Shown: positions 1-9,449 of the stretch, piece after piece
How the letters are laid out: each line of letters begins with the position of its first letter
Position numbering within the stretch: position 1 is the stretch's first letter
DNA from: Halomicronema hongdechloris C2206
GTDB taxonomy: Bacteria; Cyanobacteriota; Cyanobacteriia; Phormidesmidales; Phormidesmidaceae
DNA length: 32,000 nucleotides
Direction of reading: 5' to 3'
Assembly: GCF_002075285.3 (NCBI RefSeq)
Contig: NZ_CP021983.2
Coordinates: 2,250,001-2,282,000 of the forward strand
Notes under the pieces: generated by a model
Seen by the model: the letters and a program-made list of their open reading frames with translations, nothing else
The model's database searches: none
Told to the model about the DNA's origin: nothing
Made by a program: the position numbers and the translations under genes

Positions 1-180
1 CGCTGTGCCCATAAACTTGGCATCCCGATTCGGGGTACCCTGGGTCTGGTGCTCGCCGCTAAGCAGCAAGGCCACATTCCCGCAGCCAAACCCGTGATCC
101 TCAAGCTTCGCGAAACGGGCATGTATTTGAGCGATCGGGTCATCAACAAAGCCCTCGCCCTAGTGGAGGAAACCCTATGA
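1..180 (+). CDS. DUF3368-domain (PIN-like) protein, C-terminal fragment entering from the left edge
   Basis: Frame 1 is open from base 1 to TGA at 178-180. The translation ...KLGIPIRGTLGLVLAAKQQGHIPAAKPVILKLRETGMYLSDRVINKALALVEETL resembles the C-terminal block of DUF3368 proteins as I remember them. Confidence 0.55.
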   Translation, partial: RCAHKLGIPIRGTLGLVLAAKQQGHIPAAKPVILKLRETGMYLSDRVINKALALVEETL

Positions 181-489
181 GCCTCCCTTCCTGGCATCGG
201 CTGAAGCCAATTAGTCGGGATAGAAGGAGAAACCTTGGGAACAGTGGGTAGCCGCAATCAAGTAGACTTTTTTCCCTAACAGCTCATGCAAGATGGTGAG
301 ACATTAAGCTTGGTCGAGAAACTGATCCGCGAATTAGGCGGTTCAGATTGCAAATTTAAGCGTGCCGTCATTGTCGCGATCGCCGATTCTAATGCCCAGA
401 TGCAGGTAAACCTGTCAAAGAAGCGATTCAGCAACAGCTACTGCAGATGCGTGGGCGCCGTGAAAAACGCACACTATCCCTAGAAAACG

Positions 490-684
490 CTATGGAAGCG
501 CTGAGCTTGCCGTCTGATTCAGATATTCCTCCCGAATCATGACGAAGACATTAGCCAGCTCTCGCTGGGCAACCTCAGGGGTTTGCCCCCAGGCATGACA
601 GCCGGGAATGGCGGGAACATAAGCCACAAAGGTGCCGTTATCGTCTGGCTGCAACACGATAGTGTCATCAGGGTGCGATCGCAT
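490..684 (-). CDS. hicB: HicB-family antitoxin-like protein
   Basis: 64-aa ORF with the motif FVAYVPAIPGCHAWGQTPEVAQRELANVF, typical of the HicB/UPF0150 fold (xPxLPGCxxxGxTxEEA). No hicA ORF is adjacent. Confidence 0.6.
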   Translation of the reverse strand: MRSHPDDTIVLQPDDNGTFVAYVPAIPGCHAWGQTPEVAQRELANVFVMIREEYLNQTASSALP

Positions 685-792
685 CTCTACTACGTAACTG
701 GATTCCAGATAGCGGGCTTAGCATAAAGCTTTTCTGGCAGGCATCGCGATCAAGATTCTAGAGGACACCAGCGCTGAACCAGGGCTATGTGC

Positions 793-1137
793 TCAGGACG
801 CAGTTCGCTCATAGAGGATTTTCCCGTCACGCAGGGCAGGCCGCAGGATGGTGCCAACCAGCTGCCCGTACACCTCGATATCTTCAGGCGTAGTCACTAC
901 AATATCCTTGCTGACAGGCAAATCAGCCAAAACCTGGCCAATCTCAACGGCCTTTCGTCGTTTGCTGGTCACAGTTGGCATAACCACCAGCAGATCGATA
1001 TCACTATCAGCCGTTGCCTCACCTCTGGCATAGGAGCCAAACAGAATGATTTTGAGGGGCTGAAACCGCTCAACGATGCGATTGATCATAACGTTGAGCC
1101 AATGGGCTACAGATAGATCCGGTGCAATCTTGCTCAT
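793..1137 (-). CDS. Nucleotidyltransferase-domain protein (MNT/minimal NTase type)
   Basis: Motif LFGSYARGEATADSDIDLLVV (GS...DxD of pol-beta NTases). I prefer the ATG at 1137 (MSKIAPDL...) over the track start at 1191. No HEPN partner ORF was found. Confidence 0.75.
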   Translation of the reverse strand: MSKIAPDLSVAHWLNVMINRIVERFQPLKIILFGSYARGEATADSDIDLLVVMPTVTSKRRKAVEIGQVLADLPVSKDIVVTTPEDIEVYGQLVGTILRPALRDGKILYERTAS

Positions 1138-1348
1138 GTGAGGGTAGGAACCGTGAAGAATGGGTCCCAGCATCCTAGGGACCTTTTTCAATCAGTGTGC
1201 TGTCATTCTAGGTCATTCGCCCGCCAGCAAATAAGGCTCTTAAGGGGACACGACTGAGCATGACAACCAGAGATAGATGGCAGGCAATCGCCCTATTCCA
1301 CCCAGCCACCTCTCCTAAAATAGAAGCAGCCGACCCATTCATCTTCCC

Positions 1349-1921
1349 ATGGTCAATACCACCACCCAACCACTCACCTTTGAGGAGTATCTGACCTATA
1401 GTGACGGCAGCGATAACCGCTATGAGCTGGTGGATGGACAGTTAGTACTAATGAATCCACCCCGCACAGAACACTTGCTGATCACCAAATTCTTAGAAAA
1501 GCAATTCGATACTGAAATTCAGCGTCTCAGCTTGTCCTGGGTGACTTTTCGGGAGGCGGGGGTTAGAACTGGATTCAATAAATCTCGCCTCACCGATCTC
1601 TGTATCGTGACGAGAGAACAAGCCAGAGAGCTACTAGGACAGTCCGCCGTATTTCAAACGGCTCCGCAACTCATCGTCGAAGTGGTGAGCCCTGACTCGA
1701 TCACCCGCGACTACCGCTATAAACGATCAGAATATGCCGCTTTGGAAGTGCCTGAGTATTGGATTGTTGATCCGCTAGAAGCCAAAGTAACCTTGCTACG
1801 GTGGGAAGAAGGTCTCTACGAAGAAACTGTTTTTACAGGTGAGCAGGCAATCACCTCCCCCAACCTCCCCGGACTGCATCTAAACGTCACCCAGGTATTA
1901 GACGCTAGCACCCTTTCCTAA
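1349..1921 (+). CDS. Uma2-family (DUF820) endonuclease
   Basis: 190 aa with RYELVDGQLVLMNPPRTEHLLI... and ...PQLIVEVVSPDS...EYWIVDP, the restriction-endonuclease-like core common in cyanobacteria. Confidence 0.8.
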   Translation: MVNTTTQPLTFEEYLTYSDGSDNRYELVDGQLVLMNPPRTEHLLITKFLEKQFDTEIQRLSLSWVTFREAGVRTGFNKSRLTDLCIVTREQARELLGQSAVFQTAPQLIVEVVSPDSITRDYRYKRSEYAALEVPEYWIVDPLEAKVTLLRWEEGLYEETVFTGEQAITSPNLPGLHLNVTQVLDASTLS

Positions 1922-2287
1922 GCCTTCTACCCTTGATCTTTCACCCTTCCCCCCTTACCTATAAAGGAAAATCACTCTCCATCCGGTTGGTCTTCCGTGA
2001 ATTGCTCGATCGCACTCGCTAATCCCTCTGAATGTGGCAGAAATAACGCCTCGATTGACTAGCGCGGAAAGGCTTCATTTATCAGGATTGCCCTTTCTAC
2101 CTGCTGCTTCGCACGGGCTTCGACCTACGCGTGGGGACAGCCCTATTGCCCTCTTACTTCTGCCTTGGTGTACTAGCTTCAAAAACGCTGTACCTGGATT
2201 CCAGGCCGCGCGGCGCTTGCTCGGGATGACATGAAGCCTATACCAAGGATGATGGTTAGAGACAATATGGGCAATCAACACGCTAAA

Positions 2288-4318
2288 TTATTCTGGCATA
2301 ACTATCAACCGGGCCGGATCGAGGCAGATGTACCAGGGAAAGGGACTATGGCGCAGGCGGTCCCATTTCTCGCGGTAGACCTCGGCCTGCAGATGATAGT
2401 CGTGGGGGCCGCTTGGTTGCCCGTGTAGCTTCAAGTAGAGGGTGACTCGGTGCTGGGTCTCGGTCAGTATGGCCAGCCAACTGGGAAACGTGTTGGGTTG
2501 CTCTCCGGGGAAAACAAACTGAATATGGTGGGCCCGCAGTCCGACATAGGCGAGATCGGCGGGAATCGGGGCCTGTACGGCGAGCTGGCAGGTCCAGTCG
2601 ATGGCCTCGATATGGGTGTCATCCACCCGGCGGGCCCGGGAGAAGTTCTTACACTCGCTCACCTTGGCCACTTCGATGCTGGGCGGCCTTTGGAAGATGG
2701 CTTCCTTGGTACCATTGGCCAAGATGCGACCGTTGGCCAGCACCAATAGGTTGGTGCAGATGCGATAGGCTTCTTCTAGCTTGTGGGTGATAAATAGAGT
2801 GATGCCCCGGTATTCGGACAGCACCTCAACCAGCAGCTTTTCGACGTGGCTGCGCAGATAGGTGTCGAGGGCCGAGAGGGGTTCATCCAGCAGCAGCATG
2901 TCCGGTTGAATGGCCAAAGCCCGGGCCAAGGCCACTCGCTGTTGTTGGCCCCCCGAGAGCTGGTGGGGATAGCGATCACCTAACCCCGAAAGGTCCATCA
3001 TGTCCAGATATTGCACCACGTCTGCCGCCCGTTGTGGTTTAGGAATCGCGGCCATGCCAAAGGCGATGTTTTGGGCCACGGTCAGGTGGGGAAACAGGGC
3101 ATAGTTCTGGAAGACGATGCCGACGTTGCGATCGCAACTGGGCAGATTAATCCGCTTATGGGAGTCAAACAGCACGCGGCCATTCAGGACGATCCGTCCT
3201 TGGCTCGGCGTATCTAACCCGGCAATGCACCTTAGGGTCATGGTTTTCCCGGAGCCGGACGCCCCTAAGAGCCCCAGAGGTTGCTGGTCTGTCCGGAACT
3301 GCAGGTCGAGATCAAATCCAGGCACCTGCCTTTCAATCTGTACGACCAACTCAGCAGCCTGAGGCTGAGTTGGGGAGTTAGATGACGGAGTTGTCATCGT
3401 CTGGGGGGCTGGGAATGCCTCTACCGCCAGCTGGGGTAGACCTGGCTCGCGAGCAGCAGTGTCCACCGGAACTCTTCCCCTGCCATTGGGGCTCCTCGAT
3501 CGAGCTAATGCCCGAGTCGTCTGGGCAGAGGGATGCCCCAGTCGCCGCCGTTGCTGCGTCAACACCGCCGGAATCAAACCAAACTGATTAACCTTAAGGG
3601 TGCCGAAGTAGATCCAGTTAAATAGCCGTTGGGCACCAGCCTGGGGCAAGACGGTTCTGGGTAAAGCATTGCGGCTGCCCTGATGGATGCCAGTGATCAC
3701 CACCAGGGAAATCAACACCATCAACACCACCCAGGCCAGGGCAACACCCATGCGCCCCGCCTCAGCGGCAAAGAAGATGGCAATGGGAATGGTCTGGGTC
3801 ACCCCAGAAATGCTGCCCCCCACCATCAGGGTGGCCCCGAATTCTCCCAGGGCCCGGGCAAAGGCCAGAATCATCCCCGCCAGGATACCGGGCCAAACCA
3901 ATGGCAGCAGAATTTGCCAGAAGATTCGCCAGTCCGAGGCCCCTAATGTACGGGCCGAACTGATCAGGGTAGAATCCAACTGCTCTAGGGCACTGAGGAC
4001 AGTCTTATAGACTAATGGGAAGGCCACCACCGTGGCCGCCATCACCGCGGCAGTCCAGGTGAAGATGGGGGATACTCCCAGATAGTTGAGCGCTTGGCCG
4101 ATGGGGCTGTTCTTGCCCAACAGCAGCAACAGCAAAAACCCCACCACTGTCGGCGGCAACACCAGGGGCAACGTGAGCACACCATCAATCAGCCCTCGGG
4201 CTCTGCCGCGATAGCTCAGCATCCAACCGGCCGCCAAGATGCCCAGACAAGTGGCCAGCACCGTAGCGACGGAAGCCGTTTTCAAGGAAATCCACAAGGG
4301 GGTGAGATCGTCGGGCAT
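2288..4318 (-). CDS. modBC: Fused molybdate ABC transporter permease plus ATP-binding protein (ModB-ModC)
   Basis: The N-terminal half has multiple TM segments and the permease loop ARTLGASDWRIFWQILLPL. The C-terminal half has Walker A GASGSGKT, signature LSGGQQQRVALARAL, Walker B LLLDEP and a TOBE/Mop-like tail. It lies directly downstream of modA. Confidence 0.9.
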   Translation of the reverse strand: MPDDLTPLWISLKTASVATVLATCLGILAAGWMLSYRGRARGLIDGVLTLPLVLPPTVVGFLLLLLLGKNSPIGQALNYLGVSPIFTWTAAVMAATVVAFPLVYKTVLSALEQLDSTLISSARTLGASDWRIFWQILLPLVWPGILAGMILAFARALGEFGATLMVGGSISGVTQTIPIAIFFAAEAGRMGVALAWVVLMVLISLVVITGIHQGSRNALPRTVLPQAGAQRLFNWIYFGTLKVNQFGLIPAVLTQQRRRLGHPSAQTTRALARSRSPNGRGRVPVDTAAREPGLPQLAVEAFPAPQTMTTPSSNSPTQPQAAELVVQIERQVPGFDLDLQFRTDQQPLGLLGASGSGKTMTLRCIAGLDTPSQGRIVLNGRVLFDSHKRINLPSCDRNVGIVFQNYALFPHLTVAQNIAFGMAAIPKPQRAADVVQYLDMMDLSGLGDRYPHQLSGGQQQRVALARALAIQPDMLLLDEPLSALDTYLRSHVEKLLVEVLSEYRGITLFITHKLEEAYRICTNLLVLANGRILANGTKEAIFQRPPSIEVAKVSECKNFSRARRVDDTHIEAIDWTCQLAVQAPIPADLAYVGLRAHHIQFVFPGEQPNTFPSWLAILTETQHRVTLYLKLHGQPSGPHDYHLQAEVYREKWDRLRHSPFPWYICLDPARLIVMPE

Positions 4319-4414
4319 AGGACAGGTGAGTGGACGTAGCGTGGGTAGTGATGCTCGAATCTGGGTCAGCCATGCTTGGCCAGGAAGAGACTCACAGGGG
4401 AGCGATTGTGGTCG

Positions 4415-5230
4415 CTAATTGACTGGGGTAAAGCCATACTCTTCGAAAATGGCGGTGGCGGTGTCGCTGACCAGAAACTCGACCAAGGCCTGGGCCGCTT
4501 CCGCATGGGCACTATCGGCCACTACCCCAATCGAATAGACGATGGGAGAGTGGCTATCAGCCGGGGCCGTTGCCACTACCCGCACCCGATCTGCAACGGT
4601 GGCGTCGGTGGCATAGACCACTCCGGCGTCGACATTGCCGGTCTCCACATAGGCCAGCACCTGGCGCACATCTTTGCCAAACACCAGTTTCGGCTGCAGG
4701 ACATCAAACATATTTATGGAGATCAAGACTTCTCTGGCGTAGCGGCCCGCCGGCACGCTGGCGGGCTCACCAATGGACAGTCTGCCGACCTTATCGGTGG
4801 TTATGTCCCGAAAGCCGGTGACATCGTCCTTGCCTTGGGGCACGATCAAGACCAAGGAATTTAAGAGTAGGTCTCGACGAGACCCCTCCAGGAGTTGCTC
4901 CTGGGCCTCCAAATCGTCCATCCATTTCTGGGAGGCGGAGAGAAAGACATCGGCGGGAGCTCCCTGGGTGATTTGCTGGGCTAGGGAGCCAGATGAGCCG
5001 AAGTTATAGGTAATGGAGACCTGGGGCGCTTCCGCCTCGTAGGCGATCTGTACCGCCTTCATGGCATCCTGGACGCTGGCGGCCACGGAAATGGTAAGGT
5101 CAACTGCTTCATCCGCACCGGCCATATTTGTCGCGGATGTAGTCGCGGATGGGGCGGAACTGCAGCTGCTGATGCCGAGGCAGCCTAGCCAGATCCCGGC
5201 CACTGTGGTCACAAACGCTCGTCTATGCAT
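4415..5230 (-). CDS. modA: Molybdate ABC transporter substrate-binding protein
   Basis: ITYNFGSSGSLAQQITQGAPADVFLSAS is a ModA-type motif. I prefer the start at ATG 5230 (MHRRAFVTTVAGIWLGCLGISSC, a signal/lipobox-like N-terminus) over the track start at 5374. Confidence 0.85.
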   Translation of the reverse strand: MHRRAFVTTVAGIWLGCLGISSCSSAPSATTSATNMAGADEAVDLTISVAASVQDAMKAVQIAYEAEAPQVSITYNFGSSGSLAQQITQGAPADVFLSASQKWMDDLEAQEQLLEGSRRDLLLNSLVLIVPQGKDDVTGFRDITTDKVGRLSIGEPASVPAGRYAREVLISINMFDVLQPKLVFGKDVRQVLAYVETGNVDAGVVYATDATVADRVRVVATAPADSHSPIVYSIGVVADSAHAEAAQALVEFLVSDTATAIFEEYGFTPVN

Positions 5231-5286
5231 AGTACGCTGAGTCCTGAGGATAGAGGCCGAGTTGATAAGCCAGCTCCCGGGCGATG

Positions 5287-5321
5287 AAAACAAGACATCT
5301 GGCAGCATCCGGGTTGTCTTG
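5287..5321 (-). terminator. Candidate intrinsic terminator after the SH3b/PG-binding gene
   Basis: On the minus strand, CAAGACA (5315-5321, reverse complement) pairs with TGTCTTG (5291-5297, reverse complement). This 7-bp stem has a 17-nt loop and is followed by UUUU (5287-5290). The large loop makes it weak. Confidence 0.3.
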
Positions 5322-5355
5322 ATATTGGGGCTGCCCCAAGCCCTGCGCATTAGCC

Positions 5356-6582
5356 CTACAGCGGCTCCACCCACATAGAAAACACCCAGCCGCCGTCGGC
5401 TAACTCTACCCAGTTCTCTTCCGTGCGTCCGGTTACTTCGACTACCGTGTCACTGGGGACAGTGCGCAACACTCGAAATTGGGTACCAGGTCCCTCCAGC
5501 ACCAGGGCATCACTGCCGTCATCGGTCATGATGCGGCGCTGCTCTGTCTGGTCAGAGTCTCCCGGGCTCGGAGTTTCTGTCGCCGTTGGGCTCGAGGTTG
5601 GGGTCGGACTCGTGGTGGGCTCAGGGCTCGGAGTCTCCGTGGGAGAAGGGCTCGGTTCAGGGGTCTCTGGGGGAGAGGGGCTGGGGCTGGGAGCGGGAGA
5701 GTCTGTAGGGGAGGGGCTTGGTGTCGGACTAGGGGCTGGAGAGGATGTGGTAAAGCCACTGGCCTCTGCCAGAGCCTGACGGGTTTCGGGACCAGCAATA
5801 CCATCAATGGTGAGGCCATTCAGTCGTTGAAAGGTGGCCACCGCGGCTCGCGTGGTGTCGTCATAACGCCCCGTGACGGCGGCGTTACTGGGCCAATAAT
5901 TGAGCTGCTGCAGCTGGCGCTGCAGATCGATAATCTCGGTCTGGCTCAGGTTCGGTGTCGGAGCCGTTGCCTCATCAGGAGGCTCTTGTGGCTGCTGGGC
6001 GGGCGGTGTCTCTGGTTGTACTGATGATGGGTCTCGACGGATCAAGTTGCTAGCTGCCCAGGTGCCATCGCTGAGCTCTACCCAGCCGTCACGGCGGCGA
6101 CCGGTCAGATCTACCGGAGCATTGCGTCGTAATACCCGAGCCACACCATAACGGCGGCCCGGTCCCCAGCGTACATTCAGCCCGTAGCCCGCCGGTGTAT
6201 CGACATAGGCCATGGTGCGATCGCTAACTGGCACCACCTGAATCAGATTGCCAGCCACCCAGCCCCCGTTCTCTAGTTCAGCCCAGCCGTTGGCACTGTA
6301 GCGCCCAGTAATATCAATGGCGTCTCGTGGTTTGAGCACCCCTTGCCAGCTGTAGTCGGTGCCCGGTCCTTGGCGCACATTCAGCCGGTAGCCCCCGGCG
6401 GCCACATAGGCTGGCCTGGCTGCCGCCGTCTGGGCTAGGGCCGTCAGGGTCAGGGTCAGGGCCAGAGGACCGACCCAGGCTAAAGGTAAAGGCCGCAGAG
6501 CCGCCTGCTCAGAGCCCCCATCAGGCGGATCATCAGGCACGTCATACGATTGCCACAGGTGTAGAGGGGCCAGCATGTCCAT
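5356..6582 (-). CDS. Secreted protein with bacterial SH3 repeats and a PG_binding_1 peptidoglycan-binding domain
   Basis: Three SH3b-like repeats ([11 protein letters not shown]...GWAEL..GGWVA; [11 protein letters not shown]...[12 protein letters not shown]; [11 protein letters not shown]...[11 protein letters not shown]). PG-binding motif [11 protein letters not shown]...[34 protein letters not shown]. Pro/Ser/Thr linker. I prefer the start at ATG 6582, preceded by AGGAGA. Confidence 0.75.
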   Translation of the reverse strand: MDMLAPLHLWQSYDVPDDPPDGGSEQAALRPLPLAWVGPLALTLTLTALAQTAAARPAYVAAGGYRLNVRQGPGTDYSWQGVLKPRDAIDITGRYSANGWAELENGGWVAGNLIQVVPVSDRTMAYVDTPAGYGLNVRWGPGRRYGVARVLRRNAPVDLTGRRRDGWVELSDGTWAASNLIRRDPSSVQPETPPAQQPQEPPDEATAPTPNLSQTEIIDLQRQLQQLNYWPSNAAVTGRYDDTTRAAVATFQRLNGLTIDGIAGPETRQALAEASGFTTSSPAPSPTPSPSPTDSPAPSPSPSPPETPEPSPSPTETPSPEPTTSPTPTSSPTATETPSPGDSDQTEQRRIMTDDGSDALVLEGPGTQFRVLRTVPSDTVVEVTGRTEENWVELADGGWVFSMWVEPL

Positions 6583-6592
6583 GGCCAGTCTC

Positions 6593-6805
6593 CTAGGGTT
6601 GGGGGGGTGGGCTAATGTCGTCGCTGTTGCCACGCACGGGGGGCAGCTTCTCGACCAATCCCATTTCAAAGGCAATGTCTGGCAACTCTCCGGCTAAATA
6701 TTTGCCGGGTTCAAACAACCGCCCCGGGGTAAAGCAGACTTGCCGCAGTTCCACCACTTCGCTGCTGAGGAACATGGCGCGGGATAACCGCCGTTCTAAG
6801 GCCAT
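6593..6805 (-). CDS. Small hypothetical protein (70 aa) between raf1 and the SH3b gene
   Basis: ATG at 6805 is preceded by AGGAGA about 10 nt upstream. The ORF is tightly packed between the raf1 stop (6827) and the next start (6582). I recognise no family. Confidence 0.5.
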   Translation of the reverse strand: MALERRLSRAMFLSSEVVELRQVCFTPGRLFEPGKYLAGELPDIAFEMGLVEKLPPVRGNSDDISPPPQP

Positions 6806-6826
6806 AGCACTCGTGATCTCCTAATG

Positions 6827-7906
6827 TTACTCTTCAATCTGCCATAACTCTTTGGTGTAGCTGTCGTCCAAGATGCGTTTAGGGCGCACCACCAAAATTA
6901 GCCGCCCTAAGAGCTTCACCGTTGGTGTCTCGGCAAACCAGCGAATCACCACCTGGCCATCTTGGTCGGCAGCGAAGTAAGCCTGGCCATCCCAGCCCCG
7001 TTGACGTCGATCGATGATGACTAGGACCGTCTCCTGGGGGGTATCGGCGGACACATTGGGGAGCTGATTGAAGCCGGCTAGTAGGGCCACGGGATCTTCT
7101 GCCTGCAAGATTACCTGCCAACCAGGCACAGCCACCCAGGCCCCAGTACCACTGAAACTAACTAGCCCAAAGGGTTCCTCGGCCAGGGTAACGGGCACTG
7201 CCTTGAGATCCTCCACTCCCAGGGGCAACGGACCGGCCACGGGGATAATGCGGGGGAGTTCGGTTTCGTTTTCTAAGCGAAAGACCGGCAAGCTAGGGGC
7301 AGTCTGGGCCTTTACCACCGTGAAGTCGCTTAGGAGAGATTCGATCAAGCGGCGGGCTTGGTCACTGTGGACAAAGCGCAGAGCCTGGGCAATCAACCGC
7401 GAACGGGCCTGCAGATCACTTTGTTGTCGGGCCAGGTTCCAGTAGTGATAGGCAACGGCATCACCAGGGTCGTCGCTGAACCCGGCCGGGGGGTCTTGGC
7501 GATAGGAGAATTCTTTGACGGGTTTGACCACCTCTTTGACTTGTTCTGAGGTTAGCCCCTGACGCAGGATCAGACGGGCGACCTTGACCCGATCCGTCTG
7601 AGATAGGACTCGCAGTTCGTAGAGGCTATCGCTGCCCCGCTGCTGAAAATGCGATCGCACCGCCTCATCCACCCCCGCTGCCACCATGGAGTCATACACT
7701 TGGGTCGCCACACTGATCTGATTTTGATGGATCGGCTCGAAGCCAGTCGCTTCGAAGATCTGCTGGGGCGTCAATCCCGACTTTTGCAGGGCCTGACAGG
7801 TCTGCCCCCAATCTACCCAACTGCCTTCTTTACGTCGCAGTTGGGCCAGCAGAGTAGCCACCTCGGCATCTGACAATTTAGGGTCTGGAGAGGGCGCTGG
7901 GGCCAT
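6827..7906 (-). CDS. raf1: RuBisCO accumulation factor 1
   Basis: 359 aa. The N-terminal block LRRKEGSWVDWGQTCQALQKSGLTPQQIFEATGFEPIHQNQISVATQVY and the overall length match cyanobacterial Raf1 as I remember it. Confidence 0.85.
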   Translation of the reverse strand: MAPAPSPDPKLSDAEVATLLAQLRRKEGSWVDWGQTCQALQKSGLTPQQIFEATGFEPIHQNQISVATQVYDSMVAAGVDEAVRSHFQQRGSDSLYELRVLSQTDRVKVARLILRQGLTSEQVKEVVKPVKEFSYRQDPPAGFSDDPGDAVAYHYWNLARQQSDLQARSRLIAQALRFVHSDQARRLIESLLSDFTVVKAQTAPSLPVFRLENETELPRIIPVAGPLPLGVEDLKAVPVTLAEEPFGLVSFSGTGAWVAVPGWQVILQAEDPVALLAGFNQLPNVSADTPQETVLVIIDRRQRGWDGQAYFAADQDGQVVIRWFAETPTVKLLGRLILVVRPKRILDDSYTKELWQIEE

Positions 7907-8182
7907 GGTGAATTCCTGATTTCCTCGATGCTGGAGTAAACGGAGCCAGTTGTGGGCAGATAGCCCCTGAGATGGGCCAGAGACCGATCGCCGATAACAT
8001 TAGCTTACCGACCCAGGCAACAATAGGCTCCACGGTGATCATGCCAGAGAAAGTTAGCAAAAGTGCTTGACGTTAACCCAATTTACTTAGAATATGAATA
8101 ACGCGCCAATAGCGAGTCCGGTTTGGCATCGGCATACTTGCCATAGAGTGTGTCGAATCGGAAATTGGATAACGCTGGAAAC

Positions 8183-8255
8183 GGGGCTATAGCTCAGCTG
8201 GTAGAGCACCTCAATGGCATTGAGGGGGTCAGCGGTTCGAGTCCGCTTAGCTCCA
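8183..8255 (+). tRNA. tRNA-Ala (anticodon GGC)
   Basis: 73-nt cloverleaf GGGGCTATAGCTCAGCTGGTAGAGCACCTCAATGGCATTGAGGGGGTCAGCGGTTCGAGTCCGCTTAGCTCCA. Anticodon stem CCTCA/TGAGG with loop ATGGCAT. G3:U70 Ala identity pair. T-loop GGTTCGAGTCC. CCA is not encoded. Confidence 0.95.
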
Positions 8256-8415
8256 TTGAATGAATTTAGCCTGCAACACCGACACCGTCCCCCCATCACT
8301 GACTCGCTGCCGCTGGCTGGCACGTGAGGCAGATCTCGGCTGGGGACATCTGGGACACCATGGGGCTGATTCAAGCAATAAACAGGGTCTTTTTTGTATC
8401 CTAGACCAATTCACC

Positions 8416-9423
8416 CTAAGCGGTCGGCCCCAACCGTTCCGCCATTGCCAACCGACTGCCGTTGACAAAATCCCATCCCGCCTGGGCTCGCTTACCACTG
8501 GGTTTCACCTCTGCCAGCAATAGCCAGCCGTCGCCTGTCTGCACCACAGGGCCATAGCCCTTGAGCAGGCCAATGATCTCCCCCGGTGGGGCCTTGTCGG
8601 TTGAGCGCAAGGCCGCCACCGCCTGGGGTAAGCTCTGCCATGGCTCTGGTAGCTGCGGCCAATAGTCTGCTCCCAGAGGCACTGTCCCCATCACCTTTAG
8701 GGGCTGCCCCCGCAAACCGGTGACACTATTGGGGTAAAAGCCCCGCACCTGGTTGTGCAAGGCCAGGGCCGGACGGCGCCAGTCCAGAACGTAGTCTTCC
8801 TTCTGAATCAAGGGAGCATAGGTGGCCTGGGCCTCGTCTTGAGCCGTCAGCGGCACTGTCTCAGCCTGCAGGCGCTGCAAGGTCTGCTGCAGGAGATCGG
8901 CACTGAGCTCGGCCAGGGTCTTGGCCAGATCCAAGGCATTATCTAGTAACCCAATGGGAACGCTGGCCTTCAGCATCATCGCCCCCGTATCCATGCCAGC
9001 ATCCATGGCCATGGTAGTTACCCCTGTCTCCGTCTCACCGTGGTAGAGACACCACTGGATCGGAGCCGCGCCTCGATAGGCAGGCAAGAGAGAGCCATGG
9101 GCATTGATCGCCCCCAGGCGCGGCATATCCAAGATCTCTGGGGAGAGGATCTGGCCATAGGCCACCACCACGAAGGCATCGGCGGCCACCGCCCGCAGTT
9201 GCGCCAGAACGCCGACATCCCGCTTGATGCGACGGGGCTGCCACACCGGCAGGGCTGCCTCCAGAGCCACTTGCTTCACCGGCGATGGCAACTGGCCACT
9301 GCCCCGCCCCCGCCGCTTATCGGGCTGGGTGACCACAGCGGCCACCTCAACGGTGGGATCTTCCAGTAATTGCACCAGACTGGGCCCGGCGTAGGTAGGC
9401 GTGCCGAAGAAGACAATGCGCAC
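8416..9423 (-). CDS. fmt: Methionyl-tRNA formyltransferase
   Basis: MRIVFFGTP... N-terminus, PDKRRGRG, and the HGSLLPAYRGAAPIQW formyltransferase motif; 335 aa. Confidence 0.95.
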   Translation of the reverse strand: MRIVFFGTPTYAGPSLVQLLEDPTVEVAAVVTQPDKRRGRGSGQLPSPVKQVALEAALPVWQPRRIKRDVGVLAQLRAVAADAFVVVAYGQILSPEILDMPRLGAINAHGSLLPAYRGAAPIQWCLYHGETETGVTTMAMDAGMDTGAMMLKASVPIGLLDNALDLAKTLAELSADLLQQTLQRLQAETVPLTAQDEAQATYAPLIQKEDYVLDWRRPALALHNQVRGFYPNSVTGLRGQPLKVMGTVPLGADYWPQLPEPWQSLPQAVAALRSTDKAPPGEIIGLLKGYGPVVQTGDGWLLLAEVKPSGKRAQAGWDFVNGSRLAMAERLGPTA

Positions 9424-9449
9424 GCGATGAACCCTCCGATATCCCTAGC

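Noticed and set aside
286-483. 65-aa ORF (MQDGETLSLVEKLIRELGG...) between the DUF3368 fragment and hicB. A shifted frame continues as ...VKEAIQQQLLQMRGRREKRTLSLENAMEALSLPSDSDIPPES to 542.
   Set aside because: I recognise no family and see no convincing ribosome-binding site. The attractive-looking continuation is antisense to the hicB 3' end. It may be a decayed gene, but I cannot support a call.
2450-4373. Many 60-110-aa ORFs on the plus strand (for example 2450..2749, 3683..3946, 3687..4010, 4094..4339) and short minus-strand ORFs inside modBC.
   Set aside because: They lie antisense to or out of frame with a strongly supported ABC transporter gene. Their products are low-complexity and Arg/Gly/Pro/His-rich, as expected for spurious ORFs in GC-rich DNA. 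The same reasoning applies to the ORFs nested in modA, the SH3b gene, raf1, fmt, pgm, SLC13 and the other supported genes.
5231-5355. Moco (molybdenum cofactor) riboswitch upstream of modA.
   Set aside because: I could not recognise the Moco motif from memory in this 125-nt leader. It contains only a terminator-like hairpin that belongs to the upstream gene. An Rfam scan would settle it.
4415-6675. Long N-terminal extensions in the ORF track for modA (to 5374), the SH3b gene (to 6675) and, elsewhere, pgm (to 14629) and the MFS gene (from 15482).
   Set aside because: Internal ATGs give canonical N-termini: a signal peptide, a Shine-Dalgarno-preceded start, or the conserved PGM start. The extensions overlap neighbouring genes or repeats.
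8087-8523. ORFs 8087..8374 (-), 8247..8498 (-) and 8260..8523 (+) around the tRNA.
   Set aside because: They overlap tRNA-Ala or the fmt 3' end and have Cys/Arg-rich nonsense composition.
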